This document shows, in pieces, positions 49,948 through 59,187 of a stretch of 64,000 nt of DNA (position 1 is the first letter of the stretch; each line of letters opens with the position of its first letter). This DNA comes from Spirochaetia bacterium. Its GTDB lineage: Bacteria; Spirochaetota; Spirochaetia; DSM-16054; Sediminispirochaetaceae. The translations under genes were made by a program, and so were the position numbers. The stretch covers positions 64,001 to 128,000 of the forward strand of contig JAXHMY010000009.1 in the NCBI GenBank assembly GCA_034520965.1. The letters are read 5' to 3'. The notes under the pieces are model-generated. The model was not told the origin of the DNA. It saw only the letters and a list, made by a program, of their open reading frames with translations, and did no database searches.

Positions 49948-50224
49948 AAAAAAAGAAATTCCTGAGTTTAATAATGAAAAAGAAGAACGTAAGTTCTGGG
50001 AAGATCATGATTCCGCTGACTTTTTGAAATGGGATGAGGCACAAATTGCCCGCTTTCCAGAACTAAAGCCGACGACAAAATCCATTTCCATCCGATTACC
50101 TCAAGACTTGATTGATGATCTAAAAATTTTGGCACACAGACGTGACATTCCTTACCAATCACTTCTCAAAGTCTTTTTAGCCGAGAAAATTGAGGATGAA
50201 TTTGGAAAGAAGCGGGGTGGCTGA
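49937..50224 (+). CDS. BrnA/CopG family antitoxin
   Basis: IPEFNNEKEERKFWEDHDS, KSISIRLP and IPYQSLLK. Confidence 0.85.
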   Translation: MKSRKKEIPEFNNEKEERKFWEDHDSADFLKWDEAQIARFPELKPTTKSISIRLPQDLIDDLKILAHRRDIPYQSLLKVFLAEKIEDEFGKKRGG

Positions 50225-50408
50225 CTCGCGCGTGATGCCTTTTAACGAACACCTATAGTGGTTATATGGCTGCACAGCTACGGTTGAGGCGAAAGATGAT
50301 ATTTTCCTTTTGTTCGCTAAACAGAACTCCCGAAAAAAAGACCTGGACATTGTTTCAAATATTATTATCTCCCTGGAAGATATCCGACAGCAGCTGTTGA
50401 GCACAGGA

Positions 50409-50540
50409 ATTCTAATTTTGTAAGTCTTTTGACTTCCAAAATTAGAATAACCTCAAACCCTTTAAGATAAATTACTTATCCTAAAGAAAATGTGAGCATT
50501 CTAAATTTGAAAATTTTAATAAAATTTTCAAATTTAGAAT
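50409..50540. repeat. Three adjacent AT-rich inverted repeats
   Basis: 18-bp arms (50409-26/50431-48, 1 mismatch); 11-bp arms (50460-70/50476-86, 1 mismatch); perfect 20-bp arms (50498-517/50521-540). Confidence 0.85.
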
Positions 50541-50598
50541 CGCTGTGTTGAGCATACAACTATTGTCTCTCTCTTTTAAGGGGTCTATACTTGCAGTA

Positions 50599-50859
50599 AT
50601 GGGAAAAGGTGTATGGATAGACGAGCTTTCAGACGTACTCTTCTGGGATGTAGAGCGCAAATCCCTGGATTCGCAAAAGCATATCCGCTGGATAATCGAA
50701 CGTGTTCTGGAAAAGGGAAATTATAGCGACTGGCTTGCATTAAAAACCAACGTGACAAAAGAGACGCTGGAAAAGGAGTTTAACCGGTTAAGGATTGATC
50801 CAAAATCACGGAATTTTTTGAGGCGATACCTGCATGGCACTGATCAGTTATCCCGATAG
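50599..50859 (+). CDS. DUF6922-like putative antitoxin
   Basis: LFWDV...WIIERVLEKG...DW pattern; precedes the AbiEii-like gene. Confidence 0.7.
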   Translation: MGKGVWIDELSDVLFWDVERKSLDSQKHIRWIIERVLEKGNYSDWLALKTNVTKETLEKEFNRLRIDPKSRNFLRRYLHGTDQLSR

Positions 50860-51460
50860 TGTTGATCCGGTTTTACTGGATCTGCTGAGCTATGTGATTC
50901 AGGAAAAAGATCTGGAACCCTTTTTACTTGGAGGGGGGACCTCTCTGTCCCTCCGGTTTGGACATCGCTCTTCCGAAGATCTCGATTTTTTCTCCCGGGA
51001 GAAGTTCGATACAGACCGCCTGCAGAACTGTTTTGCAGACTCATTTCCGGATTCCAGATTTTAAACCGGACCGAAGGAAGCCTCTGCCTGATGGTACAGG
51101 GTATCAAGATTGATTTTCTCTTATCACCCTTATCCTCTTCTAAGAGAAGCGGATATCCGGGAGGGATCAAGGTTCCTCTCTCTACCGGATATATCGGCGA
51201 TGAAAATAAATGCAATTACAAGCCGGGGCTCAAAAAAAGATTTCTTTGACCTCTATCTTCTTCACCAGACTGGAATTTCCATCTCCACCAGCCTTGACCA
51301 TTTCTCCATGAAATATAACGGGAACAGGTTTCTTGCCCTCCGGAGCCTTCTGTGGTTCGAGGATGCGGATTCCGAACCGGATCCGATACTCCTTAACAAC
51401 TGGTCCTGGGAATATGTAAAAAAAGAGATTGCTGCACTTGTTGAAAAAATTATCAGCTGA
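50834..51460 (+). pseudogene. AbiEii/AbiGii nucleotidyltransferase toxin, frameshifted ~51060
   Basis: LGGGTSLSLRFGHRSSEDLDFF; AMKINAITSRGSKKDFFDLY in the second frame. Confidence 0.85.
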
Positions 51461-51641
51461 TACAGCATTTCGCGCCAGGGACCCGGAGGGCGCCGAAGGC
51501 GGTCCGGCGGAGGGGCGAAGGCCCGGAGCCGGACGGAAGGCGGGAGGGGCGCGCACGAAGTAGCGCCCCGACAAGCCGCCGAACCCCGGAGGAGGCCCGG
51601 CCCCCTGCCGGCAGGCAGGGGGAGGCACCCGGAAAAACCAG
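51461..51641. repeat. GC-rich, T-poor multi-hairpin element (second copy 54022-54202)
   Basis: Stems CGCC/GGCG, GTCCGGC/GCCGGAC, GGGGCGC/GCGCCCC and CCCCTGC/GCAGGGG; 3 T in 170 nt. Confidence 0.8.
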
Positions 51642-51874
51642 AGTTCTGGGAGGGTCATGATTCCGCTGACTTTTTGAAATGGGATGAGGCGCAGATTGCC
51701 CGCTTTCCAAAACTGAAGCCGACGACAAAATCCATTTCCATCCGATTACCTCAAGACTTGATTGATGATTTAAAAATTCTGGCACACAAACGTGACATCC
51801 CTTACCAATCACTTCTCAAAGTCTTTTTAACCGAGAAAATTGAAGATGAATTTGGAAAGAAGCGGGGTGGCTGA
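51642..51874 (+). pseudogene. 5'-truncated brnA copy
   Basis: Homologous to 49992-50224. Confidence 0.8.
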
Positions 51875-51968
51875 CTCGCGCGTGATACCTTTTCCATCGC
51901 GAATATCGTTGCACGGTGATAAGTCGGCCTGGTTATAAAGCGGAAGGTCCGGCCGATTCTGCAAGTAT

Positions 51969-52130
51969 GTGGAAAACTACTACGAGCAGTACGACAACGG
52001 GATCGTAATGTATAACGAGGGAAGAAGGGCGAGACATGGCCTTTCGATGATGGGGTCGGATTATACGCAGTGGCACGGCTTCTACGAGGTGGCGGAGTGC
52101 TTTTACATGGAACTCATACCGGAGGCGAGC
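51969..52130 (+). pseudogene. Fragment of a multiheme cytochrome c (HAO/octaheme-like C-terminus)
   Basis: YYEQYD...EGRRARHGLSMMGSDYTQWHGFYEVA motif. Confidence 0.55.
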
Positions 52131-52459
52131 CTGCCGAAATGGAGCGTTTTGCCGAAGAGGTTGCAAAGGGGGATCTCTATATTGAACTGGAGGATGAGGG
52201 ACAAACCAGGGGCAAGGAGAGCACAGGGGTGTATAGGTCTCTCATCGGAATGCTCGATTCGCTGAAGATGAAGGCGGAAGTGTTGCAGAGCATCGCTGAT
52301 AAGGATCTTACGGTAGATGTGCAGAAGGCCTCCGATAGAGATGTCTTCGGGGAATATCTCATTACCATGAAGAACTCCTTGAATGAAATCCTTCTGCAGG
52401 TGTTTTCGGCGGTCGCTCAGTTCAAACTCGATCAGAGCTACAAAGGCATGGAAAACTGA
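52130..52459 (+). pseudogene. Fragment of a methyl-accepting chemotaxis protein (HAMP region)
   Basis: VAKGDL...KAEVLQSIADKDLTVDV...SDRDVFG...MKNSLNEIL. Confidence 0.6.
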
Positions 52460-52494
52460 ATAAAAAAACTTCTGGTCATGGAGTAAGAGTTCTC

Positions 52495-52820
52495 TTAATT
52501 ACCCCATACTCGATATGTTTCATTCCACGCCCTAACTAATGCCTTCGCTGCTTCTCTCACATCCTCTTCGCTAGTGTCCCGACCGAGAGATAGCCGAACC
52601 GCACCGAGGGCAACTTCCCTTTCTATTTTCATAGCCTGTAAAACCTCGGAGGGACTCTCCACATCCTCATGACAGGCGGAGCCGGTCGAAGCCGCAAGCT
52701 CGGGAGCTGTAGCCAGCAGGGTGTTGCCGCTTACTCCGGGAAATGAGACGTTCAGCGTATTGGGAAGACGTTCTTTCCGATGACCGTTTAATCGCAGCTG
52801 TGGTATTTTATCGAGGAGAG
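52495..52820 (-). pseudogene. Cysteine desulfurase (IscS/NifS) C-terminal fragment
   Basis: Manual translation RLPNTLNVSF...ASTGSACH...PSEVLQAM...GAVRLSLGR. Confidence 0.8.
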
Positions 52821-52975
52821 AGAACAGCTGCTCGAGTTCTTCTCCGGTAAGCTCGGCGGCACAGACCTCGGTTACTCTCCTGATGTAGCACTGTTGTTCG
52901 AGTTTGGCTAGACCTTTAGCTGCGGTAGCCTTGTCTATGTCGGTTTTACTGCTAATCTAGTTTTGAGTGATGCCA
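52820..52975 (-). pseudogene. MarR-like fragments
   Basis: IDKATAAKGLAKLEQQCYIR and ELTGEELEQLFSLLDK segments. Confidence 0.45.
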
Positions 52976-53104
52976 GGTGATCGGTGAAGAAGAAAGAGGA
53001 AAAAATGCTGCCCGCTGCCGATAAGCTCAAACAGACAGTAGTTTGGGGCCGTGCCGGTCTGCAGCCCTTGAGCAAATGGGAGTTGCCCTCTCGATTAACA
53101 GACA

Positions 53105-53377
53105 TTAATACACCTCATCATGTGAACCTATGTCCACCGGTACGATGGCGTCTTTCTCTATCGTGAAGAAAAGCGTGATGCGGTAAGATATGTTGATGGA
53201 GACCGAATACAGCTCCGAGAGATTCCCTTTTAGCTTGTGTAGACGCAGGGACGGATGGCCAGGATCGACCTCAAGGAGCTCTAGACACTTGCGATACTGC
53301 TGTTTGAGCTCAGGATGGCGCCCGAGAAACTTGCGTGCCTTCTTATTATAATCCTCGGTATACAGGATCCTATACAT
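53105..53377 (-). CDS. RelE/ParE (plasmid stabilisation) toxin
   Basis: HPSLRLHKLKG...SINISYRI...DIGSHDEVY. Confidence 0.88.
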   Translation of the reverse strand: MYRILYTEDYNKKARKFLGRHPELKQQYRKCLELLEVDPGHPSLRLHKLKGNLSELYSVSINISYRITLFFTIEKDAIVPVDIGSHDEVY

Positions 53378-53627
53378 TCTCGATGCGTTGGAGGTGATCC
53401 TTTACAGACTCTTCTATGTATGCACCCTCGGCAAGGGACTTTTTGGTATTGACGAGGGCTGCCTGCAGCTCACATTCCCGCAGATGATTGTATGTTTCCA
53501 CGGGCATTACCACATACCTGGTCTTTCCGTGCATGGTAATTACCGCCTCGTGATCACCCTCCGTTGATGCTTCTATAATCTTTACCCCATGCTTCTTTAG
53601 CTCGTTGGCTGGAATCGTATAGCTCAT
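53370..53627 (-). CDS. Phd/YefM family antitoxin
   Basis: IPANELKKHG...AVITMHGKTRYVVM; overlaps the toxin gene. Confidence 0.82.
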   Translation of the reverse strand: MSYTIPANELKKHGVKIIEASTEGDHEAVITMHGKTRYVVMPVETYNHLRECELQAALVNTKKSLAEGAYIEESVKDHLQRIENV

Positions 53628-53792
53628 CACATCACCTCCATATGATGATACATAATACTAATGATAATACTAAAAAGCAATTTAAAATAGTACATATTTT
53701 AGTATTTTAAATAGTACCTTTTTGGGCTGTGCCCGGCAGGATAGATTGGCTCACACACCCTATATTTTTGAATTGAAAGGAGGAAGTAGACG

Positions 53793-54446
53793 AAAAAAAG
53801 ATTTCTTTGACCTCTATCTTCTTCACCAGACTGGAATTTCCATCTCCACCAGCCTTGACCATTTCTCCATGAAATATAACGGGGACAGGTTTCTTGCTCT
53901 CCGGAGCCTTCTATGGTTCGAGGATACGGATTCCGAACCGGATCCGATACTCCTTAACAACTGGTCCTGGGAATATGTAAAAAAAGAGATTGCTGAACTT
54001 GTTGAAAAAATTATCAGCTGATACAGCATTTCGCGCCAGGGACCTGGAGGGCGCCGAAGGCGGTCCGGCGGAGGGGCGAAGGCCCGGAGCCGGACGGAAG
54101 GCGGCAGGGGCGCGCACGAAGCAGCGCCCCGACAAGCCGCCGAACCCCGGAGGAGGCCCGGCCCCCTGCCGGCAGGCAGGGGGAGGCGCCCGGAAAAACC
54201 AGAGTTCTGGGAAGATCATGATTCCGCTGACTTTTTGAAATGGGATGAGGCACAAATTGCCCGCTTTCCAGAACTAAAGCCGACGACAAAATCCATTTCC
54301 ATCCGATTACCTCAAGACTTGATTGATGATCTAAAGATTCTGGCACACAGACGCGACATTCCTTACCAATCACTTCTCAAAGTCCTCTTAGCCGAGAAAT
54401 ATCAGGATGAATTTGGAAAGAAGCGGGGTGGCTGACTCGCGCGTGA
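53793..54446. repeat. 654-bp direct repeat, copy 2
   Basis: Matches 51232-51885. Confidence 0.93.
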
Positions 54447-54693
54447 ACCTCCGTCTTACCCAGGGGGTAGAATTCCACTATGGCCATCTGCAGCTCCTTT
54501 CTTTCTTAGTTCCTGCCGTTGGTATCCAACGACTATGGTTAGAAGATACAGATGAAAGTCGGGCAACTCCATAAACGGGAAATGAAAAAAAATAACAGAT
54601 TGTTATACAACAAAGTAAAATAAAGTTTCTATTATTATACTTTTGAATTGTAAAGTAAAATATGATGTTATATGCTATACGCTAAGAGAAAAA

Positions 54694-55229
54694 ATGGATA
54701 TAAATGATTTTGTAGCCGGAACCTATAAAAGCGGCTATCGATATAAATATTTTTTACCGGAAAAAATCAACCATTCCTTTGTCTGCTCCAACCCGGAGAT
54801 CAACAATAGTCTGGAAAGAGGCGCATTGAAGATAGGTGAACTCAACTCCTTCTCTAAACTTGACCCTGATACCGAAATGTTTATTGTCATGCACATTTTT
54901 AAAGAAGCGGTAGTTTCAAGTAGAATAGAACTGAGACAGCCGAAAACGCGGTTGCCACGCTTCACGAAATCATCGATCTGAAAGCTGATATAGAAAAAAA
55001 CAGAATTATGGGAATGGGAAGACGGTCTCCAACAGCCATGCTGCTCTTGACACGCCTATTTAAAAAACCGGTCATAAACGTGAAGGATGTGCAGTTCCTT
55101 ACGAGTCTCTCCCCAAAAGCAGCCAACGATCTTGTACAGATTTTCCTCGAACACAACATACTCAAGGAGATTACCGGCAACCGGCGAAACAGGGTTTTTG
55201 CTTTTGAGGAATATATCAAGCTGTTTTAG
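54694..55229 (+). pseudogene. Fic family protein with the catalytic core deleted
   Basis: N-terminal ...KEAVVSSRIE joined to C-terminal LKEITGNRRNRVFAFEEY; no HPFxxGNGR motif. Confidence 0.8.
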
Positions 55230-55544
55230 AAGGCGCAGGCTATTAATCCTCTCCCTGACCTCTTCCAATTTGATTTCGGCATGGCGCCGCATATCGTCGC
55301 AGGCATCCGCAGCTGTGTGGTCTACCCGTAGAGCCAGGAGCTCCCGGATCTCTTTGAGGGAAAAACCGAGGCGCTTGGCGTGGGTGATAAAATCTAGAAG
55401 CTGTAACGTTTCGGGAGGAAATTGCCGATAACCGGCATCACTCCGTTCGGGTTCGGGTACGAGTCCTTCCCGCTCGTAGTAGCGGATCGTCTCAATCCCG
55501 ACGTGAGCGCGTCGGGCTACTTCGCCAATTGTCATTACTGTCAT
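55230..55544 (-). pseudogene. MerR-family heavy-metal regulator, 3'-truncated
   Basis: TIGEVARRAHVGIETIRYYEREGL and AKRLGFSLKEI; C-terminal Cys metal loop missing. Confidence 0.8.
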
Positions 55545-55560
55545 GCTCGTACCTCCAGTA

Positions 55561-55671
55561 CTACAACATATAGGTAATATCAGAGGTAGCGGCAGGATGT
55601 ACGTAGATGCCCGTCTTCAGCTCGAGCATGGTAATCTCGTTCCGAATGGCTGTGGCGAACTGGTTAATCAT
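55561..55671 (-). pseudogene. 3' remnant of a second disulfide oxidoreductase copy
   Basis: MINQFATAIRNEITMLELKTGIYVHPAATSDITYML* matches the end of 57138-58496. Confidence 0.85.
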
Positions 55672-55795
55672 GTGGCTTCGCATGACATGTTACCTCAATT
55701 TTGGCTATTCTACTATATAAGCATATATGAAGAAAAGGACGTTAGCAGCGTAGAGTGTGACCAGTTGAATGCGGCTGCAAGCGCTAAACGCCCGC

Positions 55796-57016
55796 TTACC
55801 TGACCGAGCGTTCTTCAAGCATTGCTCGAAGCCTCCGGTGCTGAACCTCAAGTATTGGCCCAGCGTCGAGTTCGGTCATGGAGGTATAGTGTTCCCGGTA
55901 GAGGGACAATAGTTCAGTGTCGTCGGGGTCTATATTCCAAAAGGCCATATAGTCACTCAGGTTGCGGAGTTCTGGATACGTGAAAAAGTCAATACCCGGA
56001 GGGCCAACCATAAAGAAGAGCGGAATAAGTCCCCACCCCCACAAAGTCCGGCGTTCTCCCAGGTGCATTCGTGCGGTGTAGAGGGGGTCGTCATGCTCAA
56101 GGAGCTCAAGCGTGGGGTGTATTTCCACCGCGCCGTCGCGCGGCCCAGGTACCAGGTCACGACCCGAGGTGAGCGGAACCTTGTCGGTCAGGCCCAGAAT
56201 AAACTCCACCTGAGAGGGGTCACCCGCAGCCGGTGCCGACCGCTGCCGTCCATTTGGACTAATCAAATGCGGTTCGTTGGAAAACGCAGCAAAGCCAACC
56301 TGAACCCCATCATCTCCTGGCCACGACGGTATATCTTCAGGCCAGAACACACGTCCATTGTGATGCTGGCTCAGCATAACTGCAACCGGTTCATTGTTTT
56401 TCGCATCGAGTACCACGTAGATGGACCCGTGTATATCGAGCTGATGCCAGTCCACCGGGTCGCCAACAAGCCGGGCGGCTGTGCGCTTCCAGTCCGACAT
56501 GTGCGCCGGAAGGCCACTGCCCGGAAACACGAAACTGTACTTGAGAAACAGCAACTCTCGTTCACTACCCGGTACAATGTCCTTATAGATTCGCCCGTAC
56601 GCAGTCGGTGTCAGACTCATAGCTTCCGGAGCGGGAGGCAGCATCGCGGCTGCATCACCAAGAAAACGGAGATAGTAAGATTCGTTTTCCTGTATCCGGC
56701 GGAGTACCTCCCGCGTTACGTCGGTAGCAATGAGTTCTCCCGACTCGTTATAGGCGTGCGTGTTCGGCAGATATTCGGTGTAGAAATCCATGGGCCGGTA
56801 GCTATCCGGGGACAGAAAGACTCGAGGCAGGTGCTTTTCGAGCAACTTTCGGGTTGCCGGATCATCCTGCGGCAGATACTCCATCCGCGACGGATACCGA
56901 GCAAAGGCAGTCTGGAAGCTCTCGCCGCCGGATCGGGACAGCAGCACCAAGGCAACTGCGACTGTCACCACTACAACGATTCCTGCCCACTGTGCCACTT
57001 TCTTACTCACACTCAT
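55796..57016 (-). CDS. Hypothetical membrane-anchored/exported protein
   Basis: 406-aa ORF with GGAGG RBS and N-terminal TM helix; no family recognised. Confidence 0.7.
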   Translation of the reverse strand: MSVSKKVAQWAGIVVVVTVAVALVLLSRSGGESFQTAFARYPSRMEYLPQDDPATRKLLEKHLPRVFLSPDSYRPMDFYTEYLPNTHAYNESGELIATDVTREVLRRIQENESYYLRFLGDAAAMLPPAPEAMSLTPTAYGRIYKDIVPGSERELLFLKYSFVFPGSGLPAHMSDWKRTAARLVGDPVDWHQLDIHGSIYVVLDAKNNEPVAVMLSQHHNGRVFWPEDIPSWPGDDGVQVGFAAFSNEPHLISPNGRQRSAPAAGDPSQVEFILGLTDKVPLTSGRDLVPGPRDGAVEIHPTLELLEHDDPLYTARMHLGERRTLWGWGLIPLFFMVGPPGIDFFTYPELRNLSDYMAFWNIDPDDTELLSLYREHYTSMTELDAGPILEVQHRRLRAMLEERSVR

Positions 57017-57074
57017 CCTCCCTGCTACATTACACTCTTCACACTGGTCCGTGGAGGCCCGGCTTTGGCAGTTG

Positions 57075-57120
57075 CCGACGTGAGCGCGTCGGGCTACTCT
57101 CCGTTCGTGAGGCTGCCCAT
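57075..57120 (-). pseudogene. 5' remnant of a second merR copy
   Basis: 24 nt identical to 55498-55521 (VARRAHVG); ATG at 57120 right after the oxidoreductase stop. Confidence 0.7.
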
Positions 57121-57137
57121 GTCACCATCCCCAACTG

Positions 57138-58496
57138 CTAGAGCATGTATGCGATGTCCGAGGTCGCCGCCGGATGAACATAGATACCCGTCTTCAGCTC
57201 GAGCACGGTAATCTCGTTCCGAATGGCCGTGGCGAACATGTTGATCATCTCCCCGGCGTGACCGCCGAGCAGGTGTGCCCCAAGGATTCTTCCGCTCTTT
57301 TTATCGACGATTACCTTGTATGCACCGTGGGACTCGTTTGTTCGTCGGAGAGTATACCAGTCGCTCATGTCTCCGGCTTGAACTTTCAGGTCGTAACCGG
57401 CCGCCCGTGCTTCCTCTTCCAGCATTCCTGCCCGCGCCAAAGAGGGAACGGTAAAGGCTACGCTGGGGGTCCCCTGGTAGTTGGGCCGCTTGCGATTGCC
57501 CTTCAAAATATTGCCCACAGCGACCATCCCCTCATGCACGGCGACGGGAGTGAGCTTCGCCCCCGCAGTATCCGCTGCGTCGCCGGCGGCATAGACGGCA
57601 GGATTTGAAACGCTCTGCAGAAACTCGTTTACGGTGACCCCTCGTTTCGCATCGAATGACACATTGCCCGTGTCCAGGTCGAGATCGTCGAGCTCGGGCA
57701 CACGCCCGGCTCCATGAACTACCATATCGGCTTCGATTGTTCTTCGCTCAGAGGTGGATACCGTATACCGGCCATCGCCATGATCGTTTTCTGTGACCTC
57801 CGCAACCTCCGTGTGTAATCTGATATCGATTCCTATTTCCCGGGATATGTTCGTGAGCTGCCCCGCCAGGTCCGGATCGAATCCCCTGAGAATTTGGTCG
57901 CCCCGTTGGAGGACGGTCACCGTCGCTCCGGCCCGGGCAGCAATGTGGGCAAACTCCATGGAGACAAAGCCTCCTCCGACAAAGACAATCCGTTTGGGAA
58001 GCTCGGGTAACTCGAGAAAATCGGTACTGGTGACCAGATGCCCGGCCCCCGGGAAGCTGAGCGTGCGGGGTCGTTGCCCTACGGCTATAACGATGGATTC
58101 CGCACGTAACTCACGGTCACCTACGGCGAGCGTGGTGCCTCCGGTAAACCGGGCGCTGCCGTGTACCGTTTCTACTCCCAATTTCTCCAGTGACTGTGTG
58201 ATGGAACCGGGGGTGTCCCGGATGATCGCCTCTTTATGCTTCATAAGTGCCGGCCAGTCGATTGTGAGTTCTCCCTCCACACCCATACCGGACATTCGGC
58301 GACTCCAATCGATGAGTTCGGCCGCACCGACAAGCACCTTCTTGGGATCACAGCCCCGAAGCGCGCATGTACCACCGTACGGCCTGGAGTCTACCACGGC
58401 AACCTTTTTGCCCGCTCGAGCGGCTTTGTGTGCAGCCGACACGCCCGCCATGCCGACTCCGATAACAACAACGTCGTAGTTACTATTCAATTCCAT
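57138..58496 (-). CDS. Class I pyridine nucleotide-disulfide oxidoreductase (glutathione reductase/MerA-like, no C-terminal Cys pair)
   Basis: GGTCALRGCDPKK, GGGFVSMEFA, YAAGD and VHPAATSD. Confidence 0.9.
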   Translation of the reverse strand: MELNSNYDVVVIGVGMAGVSAAHKAARAGKKVAVVDSRPYGGTCALRGCDPKKVLVGAAELIDWSRRMSGMGVEGELTIDWPALMKHKEAIIRDTPGSITQSLEKLGVETVHGSARFTGGTTLAVGDRELRAESIVIAVGQRPRTLSFPGAGHLVTSTDFLELPELPKRIVFVGGGFVSMEFAHIAARAGATVTVLQRGDQILRGFDPDLAGQLTNISREIGIDIRLHTEVAEVTENDHGDGRYTVSTSERRTIEADMVVHGAGRVPELDDLDLDTGNVSFDAKRGVTVNEFLQSVSNPAVYAAGDAADTAGAKLTPVAVHEGMVAVGNILKGNRKRPNYQGTPSVAFTVPSLARAGMLEEEARAAGYDLKVQAGDMSDWYTLRRTNESHGAYKVIVDKKSGRILGAHLLGGHAGEMINMFATAIRNEITVLELKTGIYVHPAATSDIAYML

Positions 58497-58643
58497 ACCG
58501 AAACTCCTTATTCCGTAATTTTTTGATGACCTGGACTGGGAACTCACGTGGAGCGTTGCAAACCGGCATGCTTCAGCTTCGGCTGTCCGATTTCCGATCG
58601 GTTTCTGCTTTTGTCTCAGCTATCTGTCTTCGAGCATAGTAAT

Positions 58644-58675
58644 AATATAAACCTTGTACCCTACTACAAGGTCAA
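58644..58675 (-). promoter_or_regulatory. MerR-type promoter/operator
   Basis: TTGACC with a 19-20 bp spacer containing the dyad ACCTTGTA-N6-TACAAGGT, then TTATAT/TATATT. Confidence 0.8.
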
Positions 58676-58726
58676 GTAAAAATTGAAGGTTTTTGAAACG
58701 CAGAGCAGTTTTTTTGTATTTTACTA

Positions 58727-58755
58727 TTGACTCATAATCTATAGTGACTTATATT
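58727..58755 (+). promoter_or_regulatory. Sigma70-type promoter of the padR operon
   Basis: TTGACT-17bp-TATATT. Confidence 0.6.
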
Positions 58756-58776
58756 CATTAGTAGAAGGAGGCTCTG

Positions 58777-59187
58777 ATGAAAGGTAATAAAACCGAATCC
58801 GACTGCCACTCGGGCACTCGCGGCGAAGAGGCCCGAGTACACGGGCTTATCCAGGCCATGCTGCTGCTCAGTGTAGGAGAGAGCCCGAGCCACGGCTACG
58901 AGTTGTTCAAAAGACTTTCGGAGGAGCTTCCCGAGGGGCTTGTGCCCGACGTGGCGGTTCTCTACCGGATTTTACGAAAGTTTGAAAAAGAAGGCTTTGT
59001 GGCTTCGCGAATTACCCCCGGTGAGGGCGGGCCGGCGCGCAAGGTATACTCCCTCACCCCGAACGGTAAGGATTATCTGGCCCAGTGGTATGAAACCGTT
59101 CACACGCGGGTAAGGGCCCTTGAGCATTTTGTGCAGAAATACGAACAGCTCAGCGGACGGCTGCACACAGAGGAGGAGGAAAAATGA
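58777..59187 (+). CDS. PadR family regulator
   Basis: PSHGYEL, LYRILRKFEKEG and GPARKVYSLTPNG. Confidence 0.9.
   Translation: MKGNKTESDCHSGTRGEEARVHGLIQAMLLLSVGESPSHGYELFKRLSEELPEGLVPDVAVLYRILRKFEKEGFVASRITPGEGGPARKVYSLTPNGKDYLAQWYETVHTRVRALEHFVQKYEQLSGRLHTEEEEK

Larger units (their letters stand above)
51232..51885. repeat. 654-bp direct repeat, copy 1: abiEii 3' end + GC-rich element + brnA 3' part
   Basis: Matches 53793-54446 at offset 2561, with substitutions. Confidence 0.93.

Noticed and set aside
49658..50224. 188-aa BrnT-BrnA fusion as a novel protein
   Set aside because: One extra A in the run at 49916-49921 restores canonical separate, overlapping genes; probably an indel error
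51453..54373. ORFs spanning the GC-rich element (PACRQAG-type translations)
   Set aside because: Stop-free frames arise from the T-poor repeat; there are no protein features
57138..58496. merA call
   Set aside because: No C-terminal Cys-Cys pair, no NmerA domain and no merTP genes
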